Assembly (NCBI GenBank): GCA_027339965.1
Contig: DAHWNL010000009.1
Location: 1 to 64,000 of the forward strand
Source of the DNA: Granulicella sp.
GTDB lineage: Bacteria; Acidobacteriota; Terriglobia; Terriglobales; Acidobacteriaceae
Length of the DNA stretch: 64,000 nucleotides
Direction of reading: 5' to 3'
The position numbers and the translations under genes were made by a program. This document shows positions 11,021 through 20,697 of the stretch, one piece after another; the first letter of the stretch is position 1; the number at the start of each line of letters is the position of its first letter. Under the pieces are notes generated by a model, which made no database searches, had not been told where the DNA came from, and saw only the letters and a list, made by a program, of their open reading frames with translations.

Positions 11021-13726
11021 CTAAAACTCGTAGTGCAGCGACAGGGTGAGGATGTTGGTGTGGAAGTTGCGCGGGGCCAGGAAGCCATAGGCCGGCGCTC
11101 CATGGCTCATCGCGGAGTTGGCGATGGAGCTGCACGGTACCGAGGTCTCCGAGGTGGCGCCGACGACCGGAGCGGTGTTAGTGTTGCAGTACTGGGCTCC
11201 CGACTGCACATCACTCTCGCCATAGCCGTAGAAGTCGTACTCGCCCTTCCAGATCAGCCCGGGGTGAACCGTCCAGGCCACGTTCACAAACGGCGTCTGG
11301 TACAGGGAGTCCAGCGCGCCATTCACGTCGCCAGTATCGCTGAACGCCCGGCTGCCGCTGGCGTCGCTGAAGCGATAGCCCAAGTTCCAGTTCACTTTGG
11401 GAGTAGGGTTCAACGCCAGCGACGCCGAGCCGTACTCGGTCGGCGCATTCTCGAAGTCCCTGTAGGGCACCAGGATGTTGTCCGAGCCAAAGCCTTTGGA
11501 GATAGGCTCGCAGAGCGAGCCGGTCGCATCAGCAATCGCCGGCAGCACCGAGCCGCCTTGCAGATGGCCGGCCGCACCCTCGCCACAGGCGTTGGTGGAG
11601 ACATACACGTCGTTGTATGCATAGCTGAAGTCGAAGCCGTAGTACGGACTGGGCGTCAGGTCCATGCCCAGGCTGGCGATCCGGGTGTGCGCCACATGAT
11701 CCAGAACGATCGGCATGGTCACATACACTCCGCCCACTTCAATCGGGTTGGCAGGGGTGGCCCCCGCTGTGGAGATCCCCGTGTTGTTGGTGTTGTTGTG
11801 CAACTCCATATCGTTATAGGCCGCTGTGACACTCGCCCACTCCCTGGGCCGGTACAGCAGATGCACCCGATAGTGTTGCTCTTGCCGCGGCATCACCGGC
11901 GTATAGACGTTGTCGTAGTAAAAGATCTCGGCCGTGCCGTTGATGTTTAGCTTGCTGTTGGGGCGCAGCGAGGCGTTGAAGATCCCCCCGTTCTGGTTGA
12001 TCGTCACCGTCCCCCCGGTGGTCGGATCCGAGGTGGCCGTGATCGGCGCCAGGGGCACGTTGCCTGGGTTGCCGCCTCCTTCGTTCTGCATGATCACATG
12101 ATTGCTATAGCGATAGGTCAGGGCGAAGCTGGCCCGCGGCGACGCATCCCAGTTCACCGTCGCGTTGTTGATCAGGAAGCGCTGCCCAAAGTAGGCCGGC
12201 AGCGGCGCGCCGCCGATCGTCGGTCCGCCCTCAAAGGCCGTTCCCGTTGCCGCTGATGTCGTCACTCCGCTGATCTGGTTGATGGTCTCCTCGCCGGCCG
12301 TGGTGGGCGTCTTCACCAGCGTTCCGCTGCTCAGCGCCGCCGCTCCCGGCTGGTGCGCGTCTGAGAAGGTGATCTGGTCCGAGAAGCTGATCGTCCTGGT
12401 CGCATCCCAGGTGATGCCATAGTCGGCCGCAATCACCTCGCGCTTGCCGCTAGCATGACCCTGATACCTGATCTCGGTCTCGTTGCCGTCCAGCCCCTGG
12501 AACTCCTCCCAGTAGTTGGGCATATTCATGTTCGCGTTGGTGTAGCGCAGATCCCCGTTCATCTGGATGTTCTTGAGGCTGGTGCTCTGGAACCGGAAGA
12601 TCTCCGTGGGCAGAATCACCCGCCACGGCTGGGAACGGTAGTAGCTGCTGATGACGTTGCAGGCCGGATCGATGATCGGCAGACCCCCGCCGGGGTTGGG
12701 GGAGAGGATCTGCCCGCTGTTCTGCAGACTGCTGCTGTTGCAGTTGGCCGCCGCAAAGCTCCCCGAGCTGTTATAGCCATAAGGATACGCCGTCGTGTAG
12801 CTGTCCAGCAGGGCCACCTTCTCGCCGTTGCCCTCCTGCACTGTGTACAGCGCCGGATCCATGATGAAGTAGGAGTCGGCCTTGTAGTGATCCACCTGCT
12901 CCTCAAAGGTCAGCTTGGTCCCCGGGACCGGCTTCCAGTCGATAGCCCCCGTGAAGTCGTCCGTGCTGTTGCGCTGGTACTCCTCCAGAATCACCTCTTG
13001 TCCGGCCACCGAGTTGCCGCTCGGCGTCAGGCTCGGCCCCTGAAAGATATTCTGCGCGTAGGCCACGCGGATGGTCACCTTGGAGAGCGGAAACAGTGTC
13101 AGATCCGTATTGAGCATGTGGCGAACCGTGTTGTACAGGAAAGGCGAGTCCTGGTAGGTCACCTCCGGCCAGCTCAGATATCCCGTCGGCGCCGTCGCCG
13201 CTCCAATGGGAACCCCCGCCTGCCCGGTGGGAATCTGCGGGCTACCCAACAGATCATAGTCAAAGTACGTCCGGTCGCGCCGGAACATTCCATTGAACTC
13301 ATACAGCTTGCCCTTGGAGAAGTTCAGGCTCGCAAAGTTGTTCGGATCGCCGCCAAAGCCGTTGCTGAAGGCGGAAAGATCGTCCAGCAGCGGGTGCTTG
13401 CTGCCCGGAAGCGCGTGCAGCGTAAAGGTCTCGCCCAGCACCCGCGGCCCGGACTGGATGTTCACCAGCGTGTCGTACATGTCCCCGCTGCCGTTCTTGG
13501 CCACAAAGTGCCCGCCCAGATCCGCCGTCTCGTGCAGCACATAGCCATCCTGAACCACCGCCTGCTGCCCCTGCGGCACACTGGCCGTCTGGGCCCCCGC
13601 CACGCCGGTTACCAGCAACAGGAAAGCCGCTCCCAGGTGCCCAGCCAACCGCCGAGCGCCGGTGGTTTGTTCCTTGCTCTGCCGAGCTTCTCTTGTCTTG
13701 TTCATCTCAAGCCTCACTTGACTCAA
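11021..13726 (-). CDS. MtrB/PioB/DmsF-like large outer-membrane beta-barrel (likely start ATG 13705)
   Basis: Signal peptide; alternating beta-strand pattern; C-terminal ...LTLSLHYEF BAM signal; lies directly downstream of a decaheme cytochrome gene. Confidence 0.8.
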   Translation of the reverse strand: MSQVRLEMNKTREARQSKEQTTGARRLAGHLGAAFLLLVTGVAGAQTASVPQGQQAVVQDGYVLHETADLGGHFVAKNGSGDMYDTLVNIQSGPRVLGETFTLHALPGSKHPLLDDLSAFSNGFGGDPNNFASLNFSKGKLYEFNGMFRRDRTYFDYDLLGSPQIPTGQAGVPIGAATAPTGYLSWPEVTYQDSPFLYNTVRHMLNTDLTLFPLSKVTIRVAYAQNIFQGPSLTPSGNSVAGQEVILEEYQRNSTDDFTGAIDWKPVPGTKLTFEEQVDHYKADSYFIMDPALYTVQEGNGEKVALLDSYTTAYPYGYNSSGSFAAANCNSSSLQNSGQILSPNPGGGLPIIDPACNVISSYYRSQPWRVILPTEIFRFQSTSLKNIQMNGDLRYTNANMNMPNYWEEFQGLDGNETEIRYQGHASGKREVIAADYGITWDATRTISFSDQITFSDAHQPGAAALSSGTLVKTPTTAGEETINQISGVTTSAATGTAFEGGPTIGGAPLPAYFGQRFLINNATVNWDASPRASFALTYRYSNHVIMQNEGGGNPGNVPLAPITATSDPTTGGTVTINQNGGIFNASLRPNSKLNINGTAEIFYYDNVYTPVMPRQEQHYRVHLLYRPREWASVTAAYNDMELHNNTNNTGISTAGATPANPIEVGGVYVTMPIVLDHVAHTRIASLGMDLTPSPYYGFDFSYAYNDVYVSTNACGEGAAGHLQGGSVLPAIADATGSLCEPISKGFGSDNILVPYRDFENAPTEYGSASLALNPTPKVNWNLGYRFSDASGSRAFSDTGDVNGALDSLYQTPFVNVAWTVHPGLIWKGEYDFYGYGESDVQSGAQYCNTNTAPVVGATSETSVPCSSIANSAMSHGAPAYGFLAPRNFHTNILTLSLHYEF

Positions 13727-13818
13727 CCTCGATTCCCAAAACCTGGATCCCTGCCAGCATCCAGAACTCCCGCGCCGCCGACCTCATCCGCAGGACAGCG
13801 GCGCAGCCTCCAGCTTCC

Positions 13819-14754
13819 CTAGCGTAGAAACGCCTCGTCCATGTTCGAGCCATGAATGTAGGTGTGGCAGGTCGTACAGGGCATGCTGTCCGACGATCCC
13901 GCATTCATCCCATGCACCGCGTCGGCAGCCACCTGGCTGTGGCACTGGTTGCACAGCACGTTGATGTTCGGCATGTTCAGCAGACGCGCGTTCACCGAGC
14001 CATGCGGCGTATGGCAGCCCATGCACCCCTCGGCCTTCACCGGCGCATGCTCGTAGACAAACGGCCCCCGCACATCAATGTGGCACTTGACGCAGACCAT
14101 GTTCTGATCCACTGTGTTCCTCAGATTGTTGGCCTGGAAGGTCCCATGCACGTCATGGCAGTCCGTGCACTGCATCAGCCCTTCGTTCACCCGGTGATGA
14201 AACGGCATCGAAAAGGACGGCTTGATGTCGCTGTGGCAGCGGTAGCAGAGCAGCGGCTGGGTGGCCACCAGCAGCGTCGTCTCCGGCTCCGCCTTGTGGA
14301 TGCTGTGGCAGCTCAGACAGCTCACCCCAGCTCGGGCGTGCGGCGAACGCAAAAAGTTCGGATGCGTCTGCGCATGGCAGCTCAGGCACGTCGCATCAAT
14401 CTGGCCGGGCGTCAGCACGTCGAAGTGGCGGATCTTGGTAATGTCCCCTCCTCCGTCCACGTGCGCCCTGCCCGGCCCATGGCAGCTCTCGCAGGTGTGC
14501 CCCGCGTGCCCCTCCAGCAGCGCGATCTTGTGGTGCGGATTGCCGGCCATCTGGCTGGTCAGCTCCTGATGGCACATCGCGCAGGTGGCGTTGCCCACAT
14601 ACTGATTCGAGCTCGCTGCCGCTGCCGCGCCCGATCCATGCTGCAGCGTCGCGGTCTGCGCACTCGCGCTCCGGCCTCCGGCCAGAGCCAGCACCCCGGC
14701 GAGCGCTGCCAGGGGTACATACCTTGCTATCTTGCGGGGCTTCTGCCTCATCAC
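13819..14754 (-). CDS. MtrA/DmsE/PioA-family periplasmic decaheme c-type cytochrome
   Basis: Ten CxxCH motifs counted (CAMCH, CESCH, CLSCH x2, CYRCH, CTDCH, CVKCH, CMGCH, CNQCH, CTTCH); family motifs YVG..TC, RGPFVYEHAPV, IHGSN; signal peptide; SD GAGGTG. Confidence 0.95.
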   Translation of the reverse strand: MMRQKPRKIARYVPLAALAGVLALAGGRSASAQTATLQHGSGAAAAASSNQYVGNATCAMCHQELTSQMAGNPHHKIALLEGHAGHTCESCHGPGRAHVDGGGDITKIRHFDVLTPGQIDATCLSCHAQTHPNFLRSPHARAGVSCLSCHSIHKAEPETTLLVATQPLLCYRCHSDIKPSFSMPFHHRVNEGLMQCTDCHDVHGTFQANNLRNTVDQNMVCVKCHIDVRGPFVYEHAPVKAEGCMGCHTPHGSVNARLLNMPNINVLCNQCHSQVAADAVHGMNAGSSDSMPCTTCHTYIHGSNMDEAFLR

Positions 14755-14855
14755 GGTCTACACCTCAAAGTCTGCGGATTTTTGGTCTTCTGTTGCTTAC
14801 TTCCTCCGCTAGACCTTTATCTCGTGCCAGCCTAGCGGTTGCTGCTTGCCCTTAC

Positions 14856-14873
14856 CTGTGATATCCGTCACAA
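14856..14873. promoter_or_regulatory. CRP/FNR- or Rex-type operator upstream of the cytochrome-porin operon
   Basis: Perfect TGTGA-TATCCG-TCACA at 14857-14872; a candidate -10 (TAGGCT, minus strand) at 14829-14834. Confidence 0.6.
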
Positions 14874-15151
14874 CATGCACATTTCGTTTCTGACAAAACA
14901 TTCATGCCAGCCCCAGAAAATTCCGTAAGTCGTTGAAAAAATTATCCTTCACCCTTGGACGGCCAACAGAATGCCGAGCGTTCATCGGCTTTTATGTGCG
15001 ATATTCGGAATGTGGGCGAAACCCTCTTCCCAAAAACACCATTCCTTTGCGGTTGGGTATCGCTGAGCCAGACGAACAGCACGACCCCTCATTGAAGCCG
15101 GGCGCTTCATCTCCGGGACCATCTTCAGCCTGATTTAAGGAGGGATCCTTA

Positions 15152-16408
15152 TTACTGGTTTGTATGCGCCGCCTGTGGATTCAGGGTGGACTGTCCGCCC
15201 ACTTTGGGGAAGTATCCGGCGCGCGTGCGGACGCGCAGTCCATGAAAGCCATCGGCTTCCGCCACCACATGGATGGTTCGATAGCCACCCAGCGACATCG
15301 GTTTGCTCGGATGATATTCGATCAGATACTGGGAGCGGATCTCCTTTGCTACTCTCTCGGCAACTCCATCCACGTCCTGCAGCTTCCTGGGAAAATAGGC
15401 CTGGCCGCCAGTCTCATCAGCCAACTGCAAGAGCACCTGCTTGGAGTGCTTGGCTTCCTTGCGATTCAAGTCCCCACCAAAGAGCAGACCAATGCAATAG
15501 ATGGATGGTCCATCGAGCTGCTGCACCCTCTGGATCGTCTCCTGGAGCGTCGCATTGGAGGAGTTATCATCGCCATCCGTAATAATCAAAAGCACCTGCT
15601 TGGGTTCTTTGGAGTTCTTCGCCAGGTAGTCTGCAGATGCAATCACCCCGTCGTACAGCGCTGTTCCTCCGCCGACTTTGATATAGCTGAGCCCCTGTTG
15701 CAGCTTCGCGATGCTCTGGGTGAAATCCTGATCGATGTAAGGTTCGGAGTTGAAGTCCACTAGGAAAGCCTCGTCCTTGGGATTGGAGAGCTTGACCAGG
15801 TTCAGCGCCGCCGCATCCACGGCCGGACGCTTGTCATACATGGAACCTGAACTATCAATGAGAATGCCCAGTGAAATGGGCTGATCCTCGTGCCCAAACT
15901 CTTCAATCTTCTGCGGGACGCCGTCCTCGTAGACTTTAAAGGCGCTCTCCGGCAATGAATTCACCTCATGTCCCGAGGAATCAAAGACGGATACATTCAG
16001 GCGCACCAGATAGGCGTTGGTGATCAGCGTAAAGTTGCCGTTCTGCTTGGTAACCAACTCTGATTGGCCTTGGAACTGCACGGGACCCGGCTCCGCCCCG
16101 GGCGCGTCCGGCGAAGGCACAGGATCTGAGTCCACGGTGAGCGGCGCGGGAGGATGCTTCTGCATGACCGCGCCATGGGTAGGTGGCGTCTGTGGCGGGA
16201 CATCCTGACTCGCCGGGCTCTGACTGGAAGCCACCGGGGAGAAGGCCGAAAGGCACCCGGCCAGCACCGCTGCCAGAAAAAAGCCCCAAACCGCAACCCG
16301 AACCAATGTCTTTTCTTGAGTTTGCACTGAACCCCTCACAGATCTTTGGTCTTCCTCTTCTGGCCTTTCGGATCTGGCTACCTGCTTCCATGGCGGTAGC
16401 AGCCGCAT
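15152..16408 (-). CDS. VWA-domain (acidobacterial VWFA-related) exported/membrane protein; start uncertain
   Basis: MIDAS motif ILIDSSGSM, GGTALYD, LIITDGDDN, LADETGG, VRTRAGY; N-terminal hydrophobic segment followed by a Pro-rich linker. Confidence 0.88.
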   Translation of the reverse strand: MRLLPPWKQVARSERPEEEDQRSVRGSVQTQEKTLVRVAVWGFFLAAVLAGCLSAFSPVASSQSPASQDVPPQTPPTHGAVMQKHPPAPLTVDSDPVPSPDAPGAEPGPVQFQGQSELVTKQNGNFTLITNAYLVRLNVSVFDSSGHEVNSLPESAFKVYEDGVPQKIEEFGHEDQPISLGILIDSSGSMYDKRPAVDAAALNLVKLSNPKDEAFLVDFNSEPYIDQDFTQSIAKLQQGLSYIKVGGGTALYDGVIASADYLAKNSKEPKQVLLIITDGDDNSSNATLQETIQRVQQLDGPSIYCIGLLFGGDLNRKEAKHSKQVLLQLADETGGQAYFPRKLQDVDGVAERVAKEIRSQYLIEYHPSKPMSLGGYRTIHVVAEADGFHGLRVRTRAGYFPKVGGQSTLNPQAAHTNQ

Positions 16409-16619
16409 CTTCAATGTACGCCATTCGACTGTCCTCTGAGGAAAAGCAGTCTGCTTTCCATGCTTTGGAGACTCAATCTGGTAGCTGGGCGATCTTCGAC
16501 CTTTTGATTGAAAGCTGCTATGCGCGTATGCTCTAATTCGCCCAGCCGCCCTCTGGACGCATGCGCGGTCTTGTGCCCATTTTTGATACCCCACCCTACG
16601 AAAAGAACCAAGAGGAATT

Positions 16620-18950
16620 TTGTTCATGAATTTTGGCCCAGTTGCAGCTGTGATCTTCAACTTTCAAGATCTACCTACAGGCGCCTCGGGAATCTCCCTG
16701 GGCGGTGACACGATCTGGCTCTGGATCGCCCTTGGTGTGGGCGTTCTGGCCCTGATCGCCGCCCTTGTCCTGGCCCGGAGCGTCATCTCCGGAGACACCG
16801 GCACGGCCGAGATGCGCGTCATCTCGGACGCCATTCGCGAAGGCGCCGAAGCCTTTCTCTCCCGCCAGTACCGCACCATTGGTCTGATGGCTGCCGTACT
16901 GGCCGTCGTCATCTTCATCGGCTACAGCCTCTCTTCCAACACCCATGGGGTTGCTCTCCAGACGGTCATCGCATTTCTGGTGGGCGCCGCCTGCTCCGGC
17001 CTGGCCGGATTTACGGGGATGTATGTGTCGATTCGGGCAAACATTCGCACTGCTTCGGCTGCCCGCAACTCTTTGAATCAGGCCCTTCAAGCCGCGCTGC
17101 GGGGAGGCGCCGTCACTGGTCTGGTGGTGGTCGCTCTGGCCCTGATTGGAATCGGCGTTCTCTTTCTTTTCTTTGGTGGGCTTCAGAATCCCGTCCATGT
17201 GGTCTATGAACTGGTAGGCTTCGGTTTCGGAGCATCCCTGGTTGCGCTCTTCGCTCAGCTTGGGGGCGGCATCTACACCAAAGCGGCCGACGTGGGCGCT
17301 GACCTGGTGGGCAAGATCGAGGCCGGCATTCCCGAAGACGATCCCCGCAACCCGGCGGTGATCGCCGATCTGGTAGGCGACAACGTGGGCGACTGCGCCG
17401 GCCGCGGAGCCGACATCTTTGAGTCCACCGCGGCGGAAAACGTCGGAGCCATGATCATGGGGGCCGCTCTCTATCCCGTCTTTGGGATCAAGGGCATCCT
17501 GTTTCCCCTGATGGTGCACGCCATCAATCTGATTGCCTCCGTTTTGGGAGTCGCCATCGTCAAGACCAACGATAGCGAAGACCCGATGCTCGCACTGAAC
17601 CGTGGCTTCTACATCACTTCCCTGCTGTCGCTGGGCGGCTTCGCCTTCATCGTCTTCAAGATGCTCAACGGCCCTGGCGTACAGCCGATTTACCTCTTCT
17701 TCTGCGGCCTCATCGGCCTGGTAACAGCCTTCTTGTTTGTCTGGATCACCGAGTACTACACCGAAAGTCACTATCAACCGGTGCAGTCCATCGCCGAAGC
17801 TTCCCTCACCGGCCCCGCCACCAACATCATCAGCGGCCTGGCCGTGGGTATGGAGACCCCCGCCATGCCGGTCATCGTCATCTGCTCCGCGCTTCTGCTG
17901 AGTTACTACTGCGGCGTGCGCGCACTCGCAGGGGTCCATCTCAACGGCATCTCGGACTACACCAAGGGAATCTATGGTACCGCCATCGCCACCATGGGCA
18001 TGCTGAGTTGTGCCGCCTACATCCTGGCCATGGACACCTTTGGTCCCATCACCGATAACGCCGGTGGCATCATCGAGATGTCCAACCAGCCGGATGACGT
18101 CCGGGACAAGACCGACAAGCTGGATTCGGCCGGCAACACCACCAAAGCCCTTACCAAGGGCTACGCCGTCGGCTCCGCCTCGCTGGCTGCCTTCCTGCTC
18201 TTCTCAGCCTATCTGGAAGAGATCAAATCCCTGGTGGCCAACCGCGTGGCCGCCGCAGGTTCCGCGGGATTTATGCCTGCCGGCTGGTCCTTCAACAACA
18301 TCAACCTCGCCGAGGTTCCAGTCTTCGCTGGAGCGATGCTGGGCGCCATGCTGGTCTACCTGTTCTCCGCCAAGGCCATCAAAGCCGTGGGCCGGACGGC
18401 AGAGATGGTGGTCAAGGATGTTCGCGACCAGTTCCGGGAGAATCCCGGGATCATGGAAGGCACCACCAAGCCGGATTACGCTCGTTGCGTCTCGATCGTC
18501 ACCGGGGCGGCCCTGAAGGAGATGGTCCTGCCGGGATTCCTGGCCGTGAGCCTCCCGGTCGCCGTCGGCCTGATCTTCCGCAACTTCAGCTCGACCTACC
18601 GAGCAAACTCCGGAGTGGTGGCCCAGGCCAGTCTCTCCACCGTTCCCACCATCAACGGCGTCCCTGTCAACCTGGGGGGCGCTACCGCGGTGGCCGGTCT
18701 CTTGATGGTGGGCACCATCGCCGGCGTGCTTCTGGCCATGCTGATGAACAACAGCGGCGGAGCCTGGGATAACGCCAAGAAGTGGATCGAAACCGGCAAG
18801 CACGGCGGAAAGAAGTCCGATGCCCACAAAGCGGCAGTGGTGGGCGACACCGTCGGAGACCCCTTCAAGGATACGGCCGGCCCCAGCCTCCATGTCCTGA
18901 TCAAACTTCTGGCGACGATCACCCTGGTCCTGGCCCCATTGTTCCTCTGA
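16620..18950 (+). CDS. hppA: Membrane-bound H+-translocating pyrophosphatase, K+-independent type
   Basis: [44 protein letters not shown] (Lys = K+-independent), [14 protein letters not shown]. Confidence 0.95.
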   Translation: MFMNFGPVAAVIFNFQDLPTGASGISLGGDTIWLWIALGVGVLALIAALVLARSVISGDTGTAEMRVISDAIREGAEAFLSRQYRTIGLMAAVLAVVIFIGYSLSSNTHGVALQTVIAFLVGAACSGLAGFTGMYVSIRANIRTASAARNSLNQALQAALRGGAVTGLVVVALALIGIGVLFLFFGGLQNPVHVVYELVGFGFGASLVALFAQLGGGIYTKAADVGADLVGKIEAGIPEDDPRNPAVIADLVGDNVGDCAGRGADIFESTAAENVGAMIMGAALYPVFGIKGILFPLMVHAINLIASVLGVAIVKTNDSEDPMLALNRGFYITSLLSLGGFAFIVFKMLNGPGVQPIYLFFCGLIGLVTAFLFVWITEYYTESHYQPVQSIAEASLTGPATNIISGLAVGMETPAMPVIVICSALLLSYYCGVRALAGVHLNGISDYTKGIYGTAIATMGMLSCAAYILAMDTFGPITDNAGGIIEMSNQPDDVRDKTDKLDSAGNTTKALTKGYAVGSASLAAFLLFSAYLEEIKSLVANRVAAAGSAGFMPAGWSFNNINLAEVPVFAGAMLGAMLVYLFSAKAIKAVGRTAEMVVKDVRDQFRENPGIMEGTTKPDYARCVSIVTGAALKEMVLPGFLAVSLPVAVGLIFRNFSSTYRANSGVVAQASLSTVPTINGVPVNLGGATAVAGLLMVGTIAGVLLAMLMNNSGGAWDNAKKWIETGKHGGKKSDAHKAAVVGDTVGDPFKDTAGPSLHVLIKLLATITLVLAPLFL

Positions 18951-18963
18951 CTCGCTGATGCCC

Positions 18964-18994
18964 CAAAGGCCGCCTCGATGCGAGGCGGCCTTTG
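18964..18994 (+). terminator. Hairpin terminator after hppA
   Basis: CAAAGGCCGCCTCG-ATG-CGAGGCGGCCTTTG, perfect 14-bp stem. Confidence 0.75.
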
Positions 18995-19152
18995 TCATCT
19001 GCCAGAATCTCCTGCTAGGATCTCCGCTCCGCCGCTGCGAGGAGCCTTTCCATGAACCAGCAAGCCTGCGCGGACACAAATTTCCCCCCGAAACTCTCTC
19101 CCTGCGTCTATACTCGACGGCAACATCACTCCTGCCTGCCAAGGAGACTCCC

Positions 19153-20268
19153 GTGTCCAGCGTCCGCCTTCTCATCGGCACCCGCAAGGGAGCCTTCATC
19201 CTGACCTCTGACGGCTCCCGCCGAATGTGGTCCATCTCCGAACCCCACTTCCCCGGCTGGGAGATCTATCACCTCAAGGGCTCGCCCGCGGACCCCGATC
19301 GCATCTATGCCTCCCAGACCTCAGGTTGGTTTGGCCAGCAGGTTCAGCGATCGCAGGACGGCGGCCTTACCTGGTCCCCGGTCAACAACCAGTTTCTCTA
19401 TGCGGGAAGCCCTGGCACCCACCAGTCTCTCGATGGCACTGCTCAACCCTGGCAGTTCAAACGCATCTGGCGCCTCGAACCCTCTCTCACTGATCCCGAG
19501 TCCGTATTCGCCGGAGCCGAGGACGCGGGATTATTTCAAACCACCGACGGGGGTCTTCACTGGACAGAGATCTCCGGTCTCCGCGACAGCGAGACCGGAC
19601 CTGGTTGGCAGCCCGGAGGCGGCGGCTTGTGCCTGCACACCATCCTGCTCCATCCCGCCCATCCGGAGCGAATCGTAGTCGCCATCTCCGCCGCCGGGGC
19701 GTTCCGAACCGACGACGCCGGCAAGACCTGGAAGCCCATCAACAAGGGCCTCTACTCCAAGTACCTTCCTAACCCGACAGCGGAGATCGGCCATTGCGTC
19801 CACCACATCGCCATGCATCCCAGCAAACCGAACACCTTGTTCATGCAGAAGCATTGGGATGTGATGCGCTCTGACGACGCCGGAGACCACTGGACGGAGG
19901 TGAGCGGTAACCTTCCCACCGACTTCGGCTTTGTGATCGATGTCCACGCTCACCAGCCTGAAACCATCTACGTCGTGCCCATCAAGAGCGACTCGGAACA
20001 CTTTCCTCTGGACGGCAGACTGCAAGTCTTTCGCAGCCGTTCCGGAGGCAACGAATGGGAACCACTCACCCGCGGCTTGCCGCAACAACACTGCTACGTC
20101 AACGTTCTGCGCGACGCCATGGCTGTAGACACCCTGGAGGAGTGCGGCATCTACTTTGGAACCACCGGCGGCCAGGTGTACTGCTCCTCTGACAGCGGCG
20201 ACACATGGAGCGCCATCGCCCATGATCTTCCCCCGGTGCTCTCCGTGGAGGTCCAGACGTTGCCATGA
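19153..20268 (+). CDS. BNR/Asp-box beta-propeller protein (sialidase-like, no signal peptide)
   Basis: GTG start after [17 protein letters not shown]; repeated Asp boxes ([49 protein letters not shown]); His-rich CLHTI, HCVHHI, QKHW motifs. Confidence 0.85.
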   Translation: MSSVRLLIGTRKGAFILTSDGSRRMWSISEPHFPGWEIYHLKGSPADPDRIYASQTSGWFGQQVQRSQDGGLTWSPVNNQFLYAGSPGTHQSLDGTAQPWQFKRIWRLEPSLTDPESVFAGAEDAGLFQTTDGGLHWTEISGLRDSETGPGWQPGGGGLCLHTILLHPAHPERIVVAISAAGAFRTDDAGKTWKPINKGLYSKYLPNPTAEIGHCVHHIAMHPSKPNTLFMQKHWDVMRSDDAGDHWTEVSGNLPTDFGFVIDVHAHQPETIYVVPIKSDSEHFPLDGRLQVFRSRSGGNEWEPLTRGLPQQHCYVNVLRDAMAVDTLEECGIYFGTTGGQVYCSSDSGDTWSAIAHDLPPVLSVEVQTLP

Positions 20269-20615
20269 CGACCGTCAGCGCAGCGCAAACTGTTCACCCC
20301 TCGCACAGCATCCGCATCGATCTCCCGCTCCATCTGCGCCGATTGGCCGCCCTCCCTGACCGTGAACACGACCTGATCCTCGAAGTTGCCACTCCCGTCA
20401 CCATCGCCTCCGTCCTCGACACCCTTGAACTCCGTTTCCCCATGTTGAACGGCACAATCAGGGACCATGTCACGCTCCAGCGGCGTCCTTTTCTCCGCTT
20501 CTTCGCATGTGGGGAAGACTGGTCCCACCGTCCTGCGAACGCACCTCTTCCCGAAGCGGTACTGAACGGGCAGGAGCCGCTGATCATCCTGGGAGCGATC
20601 GCAGGTGGATGCTGA
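20265..20615 (+). CDS. MoaD/ThiS-family ubiquitin-like protein ending in GG-Cys
   Basis: Beta-grasp pattern ([33 protein letters not shown]) with one extra Cys; ATGA overlap with the BNR gene. Confidence 0.85.
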   Translation: MTTVSAAQTVHPSHSIRIDLPLHLRRLAALPDREHDLILEVATPVTIASVLDTLELRFPMLNGTIRDHVTLQRRPFLRFFACGEDWSHRPANAPLPEAVLNGQEPLIILGAIAGGC

Positions 20616-20697
20616 CCGGACGGCGACAGACCGGGCGGACAGACCGCGCATCTCACCGGCCAGGCAGCACCCGTGGCTGGACCCGTAAAATGGAAGG

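Noticed and set aside
11033..14835. Long plus-strand ORFs (305, 455 and 327 aa) opposite the porin and cytochrome genes
   Set aside because: Antisense shadows of high-GC3 genes; no recognisable motifs.
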